Notes: generated by a model not told the origin, from the letters alone. A stretch of DNA of 64,000 nucleotides from Eutreptiella sp. 'Long Island Sound 2002' (GCA_964036045.1 OZ038379.1:14322001-14386000); one strand, 5' to 3'. Positions 49,690-63,589 are shown, counted from the first letter of the stretch. Numbers and translations are program-made.

Positions 49690-52222
49690 GAAATTACAAC
49701 TCCTAGTGGCTGTTCCACAGGCAGCACATGGATATATTGGAGCAGGCAGTTGCGAACGTGCTTTACCCATCCGCTTCTTGCGATGATGCATAAAATCTGC
49801 TGCCCCGGGTCCAGTAATAATAGTGTATTGTAATCGATGAGGAGGGAATCCCAGTTATGGCCCGTGAGGTTATAAAGAGGTGGCGCTTTGGTGATACGGA
49901 TGGACAGCCTTCCACAGTAGGCAACACACAAGGATCCCTCCAAAATTTCGTCTGGGGTTGATGAAAGCCTCTTGAAGTACTTTGCGGAACAACATCATCC
50001 TCATCTTACGGACAAAATGAAAAACCTGATGCACCTAGCCATCCATCATGACCACACTGCGAATAAGACCCAAACGCATGCTTTTGTAAAGACTTAGACA
50101 ACTGCATGTTGCCAACAACAAAATCTCTATCCTTTTCCTGTGGTCCGCATATTTATTTCTTAATGGGCTCCCTAAGGGTGCAAACGGCAATATTGGCCTT
50201 GTTCTGGACATTGTCAATTGCACAATTCCGGCTGGTACACCATTGAACATGTCTCAATTGACCACATTCACTTGCGTATGAATTCACCGTGAAATTGTTG
50301 GTCATACCAGGGTTTTTCTTAACCGGGGGGGGGGGGGGGGGTGGAGACCCACCCACTCTAAAATTCTGATATACCCCCTCCCCAAAGGTGGGAGCAAGCC
50401 TTTTTTGTGATACGGGGGGGGGGTGAAATTTTGGAGGAGGCAGGCACTTTTGAAGGGCACGCACTGCTTTTGTCCTACCCCTACCCTGGGTGGGGTCTAG
50501 TCAAGGAGGCGGGCACCCACTGACCGCCTTGTCCACGATACCTACCCTATATCCAACCACACACACTCGGAGAATATGGAGTGCGGAAGGCGGTCTTTTT
50601 GGCACACAATGGAACTCCAAAAAAGCCGAGAATTCAAGGGTTTCAAGTGGGTTCCAAAAATTACCTTGATCTGCTCAAACTCAATGCTCAAAGATCGCCT
50701 CTACGTTTGCTTTCCCATGGATGGTTAGGTTGTCATTCTGAGGCCATTCATTGAGATTCAACCATCCTAGTTTGTCCAAAACTTCACGGTTAAACAATTG
50801 TTTCTGATTTTCGTCCACCACGGCTTCTTTGATTTTATGCAAGAATTCAACCCTGATACCATGAAAGGTGCAAATGCCACCCTCTTGCCTCAAGCTCTTC
50901 TGTAGTGCAGACAAATGCTTGCATTGTTTGACATCTTGCTGCAAGACTTGCAACAAATCGGAAACAATCGGATTGCACTCAGCAAAACCGATGTCATGTG
51001 GCTGCAACTTTGCTCAGCCACCTTCAATGCATGTGCTATGTGCATCAAGCCAAACACCATTTGCAAAAAAAATCACACATCGGTCTATAGCCTTGCCACG
51101 GACCGCCACTCGGGTGTTGTTCTTCTTCATGAGAATCTCCACCACTAATCATGTGGTATGTGTTGAAAAAAGCCTTTAGTGCAACAAAAGCGCCTTGCAT
51201 CCAACAACCTTTGTAAATCTTTTTGAACACTTTGTACCCTGGATTGTCAATTGAAACATTCATCTCCATTAACTCCTTCGAAGGAACTTTGACTACGGCA
51301 GATACCAGCCTAACACCTCTTTAACGAATGGATCACTTCGAAATGCATGCACTGCAAGATGTTCTAAGTGGTGGCAGTCATCAGCCCTAGGGAGCAGGTC
51401 CGAGATAAATGTATCCCTGACGTATCGGTGCAAGCTATGGTTGACACTTGCCCCATCCTACAACAGTTGAAGCAAAATTTGCATGCAGTGTGGTAGGAAA
51501 TTTTTGGCACTAACTTGTGTGGTATAGAAACCAATCTGAAGCAAATCACGAATCCTTCCACACGTGGCCTCATGCCCAAATGGTTTTTGCTGCAGCTTGC
51601 CGAACTCCAGCAGGTCATCCTTCGTGACAAAAATGATGCTTAACACCCTCTCCGGCACCTCACCCTTCTCATCAACATCCCTAAACAAAAGCAACTCCCC
51701 CTTAGTGTGCCATTTTCCCTTATTGGATCCATCAGGACGGAGGACAAACCCCAAACTAGAGTCTAGAATAAGCTTCGTTTGCTTCAACTCAGTGCTGCTT
51801 AGAGCATCAAGGATATTCTGGAATGGCACAACACCATCTTCTGAAAACATTTTGCCTTGGGTCATGGTAACAGCACATGCTTTGTTCAGGGCCGCACGCT
51901 CTAGCCGCAAGCTCTCATAGAACATCGTGGCAGGGCGCAATTTTTGGGCAAGGGACAAGGCTGTTTGATACTCCAACTTTGTCCACATATCCATCTGCCC
52001 AGTTTTGTTTAGCACAAAAGAAATTGACAGCTTTGGTGCTTGTGCTACAAGATGCCACGAGCGTAACTCAAAAGGCCATACACCCTGTGGTTGCCTTTGT
52101 TGTTTAGCCGCCAAAAGCCAGTCCTGAAATTCTTCCGTAGGCCGACTTTTCACACACTTTGCCATCTTCTGCGCAACATTCCATGGCTGTCCTTTGGTTA
52201 GGCCCTTGGAAGGCTTCATCAA
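49690..52222 (-). pseudogene. Decayed hAT-superfamily transposase
   Basis: GFVLRPDGSNKG...ELLLFRDVDEKGEVPERVL (first catalytic Asp block, D at 51731-51733). An in-frame TAG lies immediately before DGASV (51455). Then DDCHHLEHLA (CxxH-like), CWMQGAFVALKAF, LNLNEWPQNDNLTIHGKANVEAIFEH, and a frameshifted VLPV(G)TAT at ~49700-49727 like the hAT dimerisation motif. Multiple stops and frameshifts. Confidence 0.7.
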
Positions 52223-52475
52223 GAATAGAATGGCGCTGCGAGGACTCTTAGAAGGAATTCCTTGAGAAACACATTGGGAAGCGTCACAACCATTAGCACC
52301 ACTTCAGCTGCAGTGGTCAAGGCATAGGCAGAAGCACCACTAGAAGCACCACTACCTTGAGAAAGCACAACATCAACTGCTGCAGCACAAGTACCCTCAA
52401 GCAACACATCAAGACCATCACAAGGAAGACAAGCTGCTGCAAGGGCTGCATGGTACCCAGTAGAGCTGCTGCTTG

Positions 52476-55400
52476 AATGGGTCAACACGGTCCAATAGGG
52501 GCCAAAAGTTGACTTTTCTAAAAAATGATCCTAGACCATGTGTGATGCTAAAACAAGTGTTTTTGGACTGTTTTGAGGTTGTGGTGGCCCATTTTGGTCC
52601 TCCGAAAATCCCAAAATGCCTTGAAAATGGGTTGTTTTGGGACCAAAATTGGGTCAAAAATGGGTCAAAAACGCATTTTTGCAACAATCATCCTAGACCA
52701 TTTGGGGTGCACCAACGGGTGAAATGAGCCCATTTTGAGCCCATTTTGGGGGCATTTTGGCCCCTCAGAAGTCCAAAAAAGCCTTGAAAGTGGGCCTTGT
52801 GGTGAAGGGGATCACTTGCAAGCCGATTCCACTCTGTCAACGGCCATCAATGTGTGAATCATTCTTGATGTCCCTCACCAGTCATAGCTGATGTTCCCTC
52901 CCCCACCAGCTCGGTCCCAATATTCAGTCTTGATTAGGGTTAGGGTCACCGAGCTGGTGGAACCAGTCTTGGTTTTATAACCCTTTTTAGTGTCTAGGGT
53001 GGACCTACCAGGTTTAGCAGCAGCAGCAGCAAGCAAGCAGCAAGCCAGCAAGCAGCAAGCAAGCAGCAGCACGCGCGAAATGGGGAAAAATCAGTACTCC
53101 GTCGTGGTGCTTCAAATTCGAGTGAAATTTTGGTGGATGATGCCTATGGGTGTGAAGTACAATCACACAAAGTTTGAGCAAGAAAATCCACGGTGGCGGC
53201 CAGGAACGGTTGTCGCAAGTGGCGGACCTCGGTTTCAAAAACTACAATTTAGGGCCAAAAACAGCCATTTTTGGGCCAAAACAGCCCTAGAACCCATTCA
53301 CAACGGCCAAACGAAGGGAAAGGGTGGGTACACTCTATGTGCGGCTTGACTTTCCCGTGTCAACGAGCCCTTTGCGGCCCTCTAACTCCACCATATGTCC
53401 CGGAAACGGCCCAAAAAGGCCCCCAGAAGCCCCAAATTTTGCGTAGACTGGCTGGCAACAGCCACAAACCAAGAACAGGCCATATCTTTGGCTACATGGC
53501 TCAAAACGTGATTCCGAGTGCACCTAATCCACCCGCAATCCCCCACTTTTTGTGGTTTCCACCCCTCATAATTGCCCAAACGGACGCCTAGACCCCCGTA
53601 CCTAGGCCCGTACCAGGCTGCGGCAATTTGCTAGCGCAAACCAAACCAAGTGGGTGCCCAAATGGGTCAACAGGGTCCAATAGGGGCCAAAAGATGACTT
53701 TTCTAAAAAATGATCCTAGACCATGTGCGACGCTAAAACAAGTGTTTTTGGACTGTTTTGAGGTTGTGGTGGCCCATTTTGGTCCTCCGAAAATCCCAAA
53801 ATGCCTTGAAAATGGGTTGTTTTGGGACCAAAATTGGGTCAAAAATGGGTCAAAAACGCATTTTTGCAACAATCATCCTAGACCATTTGGGGTGCACCAA
53901 CGGGTGAAATGAGCCCATTTTGAGCCCATTTTGGGGGCATTTTGGCCCCTCAGAAGTCCAAAAAAGCCTTGAAAGTGGGCCTTGTGGTGAAGGGGATCAC
54001 TTGCAAGCCGATTCCACTCTGTCAACGGCCATGAATGTGTGAATCATTCTTGATGTCCCTCACCAGTCATAGCTGATGTTCCCTCCCCCACCAGCTCGGT
54101 CCCAATATTCAGTCTTGATTAGGGTTAGGGTCACCGAGCTGGTGGAACCAGTCTTGGTTTTATAACCCTTTTTAGTGTCTAGGGTGGACCTACCAGGTTT
54201 AGCAGCAGCAGCAGCAAGCAAGCAGCAAGCCAGCAAGCAGCAAGCAAGCAGCAGCACGCGCGAAATGGGGAAAAATCAGTACTCCGTCGTGGTGCTTCAA
54301 ATTCGAGTGAAATTTTGGTGGATGATGCCTATGGGTGTGAAGTACAATCACACAAAGTTTGAGCAAGAAAATCCACGGTGGCGGCCAGGAACGGTTGTCG
54401 CAAGTGGCGGACCTCGGTTTCAAAAACTGCAATTTAGGGCCAAAAACAGCCATTTTTGGGCCAAAACAGCCCTAGAACCCATTCACAACGGCCAAACGAA
54501 GGGAAAGGGTGGGTACACTCTATGTGCGGCTTGACTTTCCCGTGTCAACGAGCCCTTTGCGGCCCTCTAACTCCACCATATGTCCCGGAAACGGCCCAAA
54601 AAGGCCCCCAGAAGCCCCAAATTTTGCGTAGACTGGCTGGCAACAGCCACAAACCAAGAACAGGCCATATCTTTGGCTACATGGCCCAAAACGTGATTCC
54701 GAGGGCACCTAATCCACCCGCAATCCCCCACTTTTTGTGGTTTCCACCCCTCATAATTGCCCAAACGGACGCCTAGACCCCCGTACCTAGGCCCGTACCA
54801 GGCTGCGGCAAGTTGCTAGCGCAAACCAAACCAAGTGGGTGCCCAAATGGGTCAACAGGGTCCAATAGGGGCCAAAAGATGACTTTTCTAAAAAATGATC
54901 CTAGACCATGTGCGACGCTAAAACAAGTGTTTTTGGACTGTTTTGAGGTTGTGGTGGCCCATTTTGGTCCTCCGAAAATCCCAAAATGCCTTGAAAATGG
55001 GTTGTTTTGGGACCAAAATTGGGTCAAAAATGGGTCAAAAACGCATTTTTGCAACAATCATCCTAGACCATTTGGGGTGCACCAACGGGTGAAATGAGCC
55101 CATTTTGAGCCCATTTTGGGGGCATTTTGGCCCCTCAGAAGTCCAAAAAAGCCTTGAAAGTGGGCCTTGTGGTGAAGGGGATCACTTGCAAGCCGATTCC
55201 ACTCTGTCAACGGCCATGAATGTGTGAATCATTCTTGATGTCCCTCACCAGTCATAGCTGATGTTCCCTCCCCCACCAGCTCGGTCCCAATATTCAGTCT
55301 TGATTAGGGTTAGGGTCACCGAGCTGGTGGAACCAGTCTTGGTTTTATAACCCTTTTTAGTGTCTAGGGTGGACCTACCAGGTTTAGCAGCAGCAGCAGC

Positions 55401-58400
55401 AAGCAAGCAGCAAGCCAGCAAGCAGCAAGCAAGCAGCAGCACGCGCGAAATGGGGAAAAATCAGTACTCCGTCGTGGTGCTTCAAATTCGAGTGAAATTT
55501 TGGTGGATGATGCCTATGGGTGTGAAGTACAATCACACAAAGTTTGAGCAAGAAAATCCACGGTGGCGGCCAGGAACGGTTGTCGCAAGTGGCGGACCTC
55601 GGTTTCAAAAACTGCAATTTAGGGCCAAAAACAGCCATTTTTGGGCCAAAACAGCCCTAGAACCCATTCACAACGGCCAAACGAAGGGAAAGGGTGGGTA
55701 CACTCTATGTGCGGCTTGACTTTCCCGTGTCAACGAGCCCTTTGCGGCCCTCTAACTCCACCATATGTCCCGGAAACGGCCCAAAAAGGCCCCCAGAAGC
55801 CCCAAATTTTGCGTAGACTGGCTGGCAACAGCCACAAACCAAGAACAGGCCATATCTTTGGCTACATGGCTCAAAACGTGATTCCGAGGGCACCTAATCC
55901 ACCCGCAATCCCCCACTTTTTGTGGTTTCCACCCCTCATGATTGCCCAAACGGACGCCTAGACCCCCGTACCTAGGCCCGTACCAGGCTGCGGCAAGTTG
56001 CTAGCGCAAACCAAACCAAGTGGGTGCCCAAATGGGTCAACAGGGTCCAATAGGGGCCAAAAGATGACTTTTCTAAAAAATGATCCTAGACCATGTGCGA
56101 CGCTAAAACAAGTGTTTTTGGACTGTTTTGAGGTTGTGGTGGCCCATTTTGGTCCTCCGAAAATCCCAAAATGCCTTGAAAATGGGTTGTTTTGGGACCA
56201 AAATTGGGTCAAAAATGGGTCAAAAACGCATTTTTGCAACAATCATCCTAGACCATTTGGGGTGCACCAACGGGTGAAATGAGCCCATTTTGAGCCCATT
56301 TTGGGGGCATTTTGGCCCCTCAGAAGTCCAAAAAAGCCTTGAAAGTGGGCCTTGTGGTGAAGGGGATCACTTGCAAGCCGATTCCACTCTGTCAACGGCC
56401 ATCAATGTGTGAATCATTCTTGATGTCCCTCACCAGTCATAGCTGATGTTCCCTCCCCCACCAGCTCGGTCCCAATATTCAGTCTTGATTAGGGTTAGGG
56501 TCACCGAGCTGGTGGAACCAGTCTTGGTTTTATAACCCTTTTTAGTGTCTAGGGTGGACCTACCAGGTTTAGCAGCAGCAGCAAGCAAGCAAGCAGCAAG
56601 CCAGCAAGCAGCAAGCAAGCAGCAGCACGCGCGAAATGGGGAAAAATCAGTACTCCGTCGTGGTGCTTCAAATTCGAGTGAAATTTTGGTGGATGATGCC
56701 TATGGGTGTGAAGTACAATCACACAAAGTTTGAGCAAGAAAATCCACGGTGGCGGCCAGGAACGGTTGTCGCAAGTGGCGGACCTCGGTTTCAAAAACTG
56801 CAATTTAGGGCCAAAAACAGCCATTTTTGGGCCAAAACAGCCCTAGAACCCATTCACAACGGCCAAACGAAGGGAAAGGGTGGGTACACTCTATGTGCGG
56901 CTTGACTTTCCCGTGTCAACGAGCCCTTTGCGGCCCTCTAACTCCACCATATGTCCCGGAAACGGCCCAAAAAGGCCCCCAGAAGCCCCAAATTTTGCGT
57001 AGACTGGCTGGCAACAGCCACAAACCAAGAACAGGCCATATCTTTGGCTACATGGCTCAAAACGTGATTCCGAGGGCACCTAATCCACCCGCAATCCCCC
57101 ACTTTTTGTGGTTTCCACCCCTCATAATTGCCCAAACGGACGCCTAGACCCCCGTACCTAGGCCCGTACCAGGCTGCGGCAATTTGCTAGCGCAAACCAA
57201 ACCAAGTGGGTGCCCAAATGGGTCAACAGGGTCCAATAGGGGCCAAAAGATGACTTTTCTAAAAAATGATCCTAGACCATGTGCGACGCTAAAATAAGTG
57301 TTTTTGGACTGTTTTGAGGTTGTGGTGGCCCATTTTGGTCCTCCGAAAATCCCAAAATGCCTTGAAAATGGGTTGTTTTGGGACCAAAATTGGGTCAAAA
57401 ATGGGTCAAAAACGCATTTTTGCAGCAATCATCCTAGACCATTTGGGGTGCACCAACGGGTGAAATGAGCCCATTTTGAGCCCATTTTGGGGGCATTTTG
57501 GCCCCTCAGAAGTCCAAAAAAGCCTTGAAAGTGGGCCTTGTGGTGAAGGGGATCACTTGCAAGCCGATTCCACTCTGTCAACGGCCATCAATGTGTGAAT
57601 CATTCTTGATGTCCCTCACCAGTCATAGCTGATGTTCCCTCCCCCACCAGCTCGGTCCCAATATTCAGTCTTGATTAGGGTTAGGGTCACCGAGCTGGTG
57701 GAACCAGTCTTGGTTTTATAACCCTTTTTAGTGTCTAGGGTGGACCTACCAGGTTTAGCAGCAGCAGCAGCAAGCAAGCAGCAAGCCAGCAAGCAGCAAG
57801 CAAGCAGCAGCACGCGCGAAATGGGGAAAAATCAGTACTCCGTCGTGGTGCTTCAAATTCGAGTGAAATTTTGGTGGATGATGCCTATGGGTGTGAAGTA
57901 CAATCACACAAAGTTTGAGCAAGAAAATCCACGGTGGCGGCCAGGAACGGTTGTCGCAAGTGGCGGACCTCGGTTTCAAAAACTACAATTTAGGGCCAAA
58001 AACAGCCATTTTTGGGCCAAAACAGCCCTAGAACCCATTCACAACGGCCAAACGTAGGGAAAGGGTGGGTACACTCTATGTGCGGCTTGACTTTCCCGTG
58101 TCAACGAGCCCTTTGCGGCCCTCTAACTCCACCATATGTCCCGGAAACGGCCCAAAAAGGCCCCCAGAAGCCCCAAATTTTGCGTAGACTGGCTGGCAAC
58201 AGCCACAAACCAAGAACAGGCCATATCTTTGGCTACATGGCTCAAAACGTGATTCCGAGTGCACCTAATCCACCCGCAATCCCCCACTTTTTGTGGTTTC
58301 CACCCCTCATAATTGCCCAAACGGACGCCTAGACCCCCGTACCTAGGCCCGTACCAGGCTGCGGCAAGTTGCTAGCGCAAACCAAACCAAGTGGGTGCCC

Positions 58401-61400
58401 AAATGGGTCAACAGGGTCCAATAGGGGCCAAAAGATGACTTTTCTAAAAAATGATCCTAGACCATGTGCGACGCTAAAACAAGTGTTTTTGGACTGTTTT
58501 GAGGTTGTGGTGGCCCATTTTGGTCCTCCGAAAATCCCAAAATGCCTTGAAAATGGGTTGTTTTGGGACCAAAATTGGGTCAAAAATGGGTCAAAAACGC
58601 ATTTTTGCAACAATCATCCTAGACCATTTGGGGTGCACCAACGGGTGAAATGAGCCCATTTTGAGCCCATTTTGGGGGCATTTTGGCCCCTCAGAAGTCC
58701 AAAAAAGCCTTGAAAGTGGGCCTTGTGGTGAAGGGGATCACTTGCAAGCCGATTCCACTCTGTCAACGGCCATGAATGTGTGAATCATTCTTGATGTCCC
58801 TCACCAGTCATAGCTGATGTTCCCTCCCCCACCAGCTCGGTCCCAATATTCAGTCTTGATTAGGGTTAGGGTCACCGAGCTGGTGGAACCAGTCTTGGTT
58901 TTATAACCCTTTTTAGTGTCTAGGGTGGACCTACCAGGTTTAGCAGCAGCAGCAGCAAGCAAGCAAGCAGCAAGCCAGCAAGCAGCAAGCAAGCAGCAGC
59001 ACGCGCGAAATGGGGAAAAATTAGTACTCCGTCGTGGTGCTTCAAATTCGAGTGAAATTTTGGTGGATGATGCCTATGGGTGTGAAGTACAATCACACAA
59101 AGTTTGAGCAAGAAAATCCACGGTGGCGGCCAGGAACGGTTGTCGCAAGTGGCGGACCTCGGTTTCAAAAACTACAATTTAGGGCCAAAAACAGCCATTT
59201 TTGGGCCAAAACAGCCCTAGAACCCATTCACAATGGCCAAACGAAGGGAAAGGGTGGGTACACTCTATGTGCGGCTTGACTTTCCCGTGTCAACGAGCCC
59301 TTTGCGGCCCTCTAACTCCACCACATGTCCCGGAAACGGCCCAAAAAGGCCCCCAGGAGCTCCATATGCTGACAAACACAAACCAAGAATAGGCCATATC
59401 TTTGGCTACATGGCCCAAAACGTGATTCCGAGGGCACCTAATCCACCCGCAATCCCCCACTTTTTGTGGTTTCCACCCCTCATAATTGCCCAAACGGACG
59501 CCTAGACCCCCGTACCTAGGCCCGTACCAGGCTGCGGCAAGTTGCTAGCGCAAACCAAACCAAGTGGGTGCCCAAATGGGTCAACAGGGTCCAATAGGGG
59601 CCAAAAGATGACTTTTCTAAAAAATGATCCTAGACCATGTGTGATGCTAAAACAAGTGTTTTTGGACTGTTTTGAGGTTGTGGTGGCCCATTTTGGTCCT
59701 CCGAAAATCCCAAAATGCCTTGTGAATGGGTTGTTTTGGGACCAAAAATGGGTCAAAGATGGGTCAAAAACGCATTTTTGCAACAATCATCCTAGACCAT
59801 TTGGGGTGCACCAACGGGTGAAATGAGCCCATTTTGAGCCCATTTTGGGGGCATTTTGGCCCCTCAGAAGTCCAAAAAAGCCTTGAAAGTGGGCCTTGTG
59901 GTGAAGGGGATCACTTGCAAGCCGATTCCACTCTGTCAACGGCCATCAATGTGTGAATCATTCTTGATGTCCCTCACCAGTCATAGCTGATGTTCCCTCC
60001 CCCACCAGCTCGGTCCCAATATTCAGTCTTGATTAGGGTTAGGGTCACCGAGCTGGTGGAACCAGTCTTGGTTTTATAACCCTTTTTAGTGTCTAGGGTG
60101 GACCTACCAGGTTTAGCAGCAGCAGCAGCAAGCAAGCAGCAAGCCAGCAAGCAGCAAGCAAGCAGCAGCACGCGCGAAATGGGAAAAAATCAGTACTCCG
60201 TCGTGGTGCTTCAAATTCGAGTGAAATTTTGGTGGATGATGCCTATGGGTGTGAAGTACAATCACACAAAGTTGGAGCAAGAAAATCCACGGTGGCGGCC
60301 AGGAACGGTTGTCGCAAGTGGCGGACCTCGGTTTCAAAAACTGCAATTTAGGGCCAAAAACAGCCATTTTTGGGCCAAAACAGCCCTAGAACCCATTCAC
60401 AACGGCCAAACGAAGGGAAAGGGTGGGTACACTCTATGTGCGGCTTGACTTTCCCGTGTCAACGAGCCCTTTGCGGCCCTCTAACTCCACCATATGTCCC
60501 GGAAACGGCCCAAAAAGGCCCCCAGAAGCCCCAAATTTTGCGTAGACTGGCTGGCAACAGCCACAAACCAAGAACAGGCCATATCTTTGGCTACATGGCT
60601 CAAAACGTGATTCCGAGGGCACCTAATCCACCCGCAATCCCCCACTTTTTGTGGTTTCCACCCCTCATAATTGCCCAAACGGACGCCTAGACCCCCGTAC
60701 CTAGGCCCGTACCAGGCTGCGGCAATTTGCTAGCGCAAACCAAACCAAGTGGGTGCCCAAATGGGTCAACAGGGTCCAATAGGGGCCAAAAGATGACTTT
60801 TCTAAAAAATGATCCTAGACCATGTGCGACGCTAAAATAAGTGTTTTTGGACTGTTTTGAGGTTGTGGTGGCCCATTTTGGTCCTCCGAAAATCCCAAAA
60901 TGCCTTGAAAATGGGTTGTTTTGGGACCAAAATTGGGTCAAAAATGGGTCAAAAACGCATTTTTGCAGCAATCATCCTAGACCATTTGGGGTGCACCAAC
61001 GGGTGAAATGAGCCCATTTTGAGCCCATTTTGGGGGCATTTTGGCCCCTCAGAAGTCCAAAAAAGCCTTGAAAGTGGGCCTTGTGGTGAAGGGGATCACT
61101 TGCAAGCCGATTCCACTCTGTCAACGGCCATCAATGTGTGAATCATTCTTGATGTCCCTCACCAGTCATAGCTGATGTTCCCTCCCCCACCAGCTCGGTC
61201 CCAATATTCAGTCTTGATTAGGGTTAGGGTCACCGAGCTGGTGGAACCAGTCTTGGTTTTATAACCCTTTTTAGTGTCTAGGGTGGACCTACCAGGTTTA
61301 GCAGCAGCAGCAGCAGCAAGCAAGCAGCAAGCCAGCAAGCAGCAAGCAAGCAGCAGCACGCGCGAAATGGGGAAAAATCAGTACTCCGTCGTGGTGCTTC

Positions 61401-63589
61401 AAATTCGAGTGAAATTTTGGTGGATGATGCCTATGGGTGTGAAGTACAATCACACAAAGTTTGAGCAAGAAAATCCACGGTGGCGGCCATGAACGGTTGT
61501 CGCAAGTGGCGGACCTCGGTTTCAAAAACTGCAATTTAGGGCCAAAAACAGCCATTTTTGGGCCAAAACAGCCCTAGAACCCATTCACAATGGCCAAACG
61601 AAGGGAAAGGGTGGGTACACTCTATGTGCGGCTTGACTTTCCCGTGTCAACGAGCCCTTTGCGGCCCTCTAACTCCACCACATGTCCCGGAAACGGCCCA
61701 AAAAGGCCCCCAGGAGCTCCATATGCTGACAAACACAAACCAAGAATAGGCCATATCTTTGGCTACATGGCCCAAAACGTGATTCCGAGGGCACCTAATC
61801 CACCCGCAATCCCCCACTTTTTGTGGTTTCCACCCCTCATAATTGCCCAAACGGACGCCTAGACCCCCGTACCTAGGCCCGTACCAGGCTGCGGCAAGTT
61901 GCTAGCGCAAACCAAACCAAGTGGGTGCCCAAATGGGTCAACAGGGTCCAATAGGGGCCAAAAGATGACTTTTCTAAAAAATGATCCTAGACCATGTGTG
62001 ATGCTAAAACAAGTGTTTTTGGACTGTTTTGAGGTTGTGGTGGCCCATTTTGGTCCTCCGAAAATCCCAAAATGCCTTGTGAATGGGTTGTTTTGGGACC
62101 AAAAATGGGTCAAAGATGGGTCAAAAACGCATTTTTGCAACAATCATCCTAGACCATTTGGGGTGCACCAACGGGTGAAATGAGCCCATTTTGAGCCCAT
62201 TTTGGGGGCATTTTGGCCCCTCAGAAGTCCAAAAAAGCCTTGAAAGTGGGCCTTGTGGTGAAGGGGATCACTTGCAAGCCGATTCCACTCTGTCAACGGC
62301 CATCAATGTGTGAATCATTCTTGATGTCCCTCACCAGTCATAGCTGATGTTCCCTCCCCCACCAGCTCGGTCCCAATATTCAGTCTTGATTAGGGTTAGG
62401 GTCACCGAGCTGGTGGAACCAGTCTTGGTTTTATAACCCTTTTTAGTGTCTAGGGTGGACCTACCAGGTTTAGCAGCAGTAGCAGCAAGCAAGCAGCAAG
62501 CCAGCAAGCAGCAAGCAAGCAGCAGCACGCGCGAAATGGGGAAAAATCGGTACTCCGTTGTGGTGCTTCAAATTCGAGTGAAATTTTGGTGGATGATGCC
62601 TATGGGTGTGAAGTACAATCACACAAAATTTGAGCGAGAAACTCCACGGTGGCGGCCAGGAACGGTTGTCGCAAGTGGCGGACCTCGGTTTCAAAAACTG
62701 CAATTTAGGGCCAAAAACAGCCATTTTTGGGCCAAAACAGCCCTAGAACCCATTCACAACGGCCAAACGAAGGGAAAGGGTGGGTACACTCTATGTGCGG
62801 CTTGACTTTCCCGTGTCAACGAGCCCTTTGCGGCCCTCTAACTCCACCATATGTCCCGGAAACGGCCCAAAAAGGCCCTCAGAAGCCCCAAATTTTGCGT
62901 AGACTGGCTGGCAACAGCCACAAACCAAGAATAGGCCATATCTTTGGCTACATGGCTCAAAACGTGATTCCGAGGGCACCTAATCCACCCGCAATCCCCC
63001 ACTTTTTGTGGTTTCCACCCCTCATAATTGCCCAAACGGACGCCTAGACCCCCGTACCTAGGCCCGTACCAAGCGGCGGCAAGCTGCTAGCGCAAACCAA
63101 ACCAAGTGGGTGCCCAAATGGGTCAACAGGGTCCAATAGGGGCCAAAAGATGACTTTTCTCAAAAATGATCCTAGACCATGTGTGATGCTAAAACAAGTG
63201 TTTTTGGACTGTTTTGAGGTTGTGGTGGCCCATTTTGGTCCTCCGAAAATCCCAAAATGCCTTGAAAATGGGTTGTTTTGGGACCAAAAATGGGTCAAAA
63301 ATGGGTCAAAAATGGGTCAAAAACGCATTTTTGCAGCAATCATCCTAGACCATTTGGGGTGCACCAACGGGTGAAATGAGCCCATTTTGAGCCCATTTTG
63401 GGGGCATTTTGGCCCCTCAGAAGTCCAAAAAAGCCTTGAAAGTGGGCCTCGTGGTGAAGGGGATCACTTGCAAGCCGATTCCACTCTGTCAACGGCCATC
63501 AATGTGTGAATCATTCTTGATGTCCCTCACCAGTCATATCTGATGTTCCCTCCCCCACCAGCTCGGTCCCAATGTTCAGTCTTGATTAG
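52476..63589. repeat. Tandem array of a ~1185-bp unit, 9 full copies plus a partial
   Basis: The unit start aatgggtcaac recurs at 52476, 53661, 54846, 56031, 57217, 58402, 59575, 60760, 61932 and 63117. Each unit holds a variable CAG/CAAG microsatellite and TTAGGGTTAGGG. Confidence 0.97.

Noticed and set aside
31900-50345. Long poly-G/poly-C runs as specific G-quadruplex elements
   Set aside because: They are ubiquitous in this window and their lengths are error-prone; no positional pattern seen.
50308-50460. cagggtttttctt as a hAT terminal inverted repeat
   Set aside because: No matching inverted partner found and it lies within the transposase remnant.
52418-63374. The many repeated 60-120 aa ORFs in the 1185-bp array
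   Set aside because: They overlap on both strands, are broken by microsatellite indels in several units and have no recognisable motifs; treated as repeat-derived.
52476-63589. Spliced-leader RNA / 5S rRNA tandem unit (the size would fit)
   Set aside because: I see no 5S rRNA sequence and no recognisable SL exon. The only resemblance is a short agtgtcta string.
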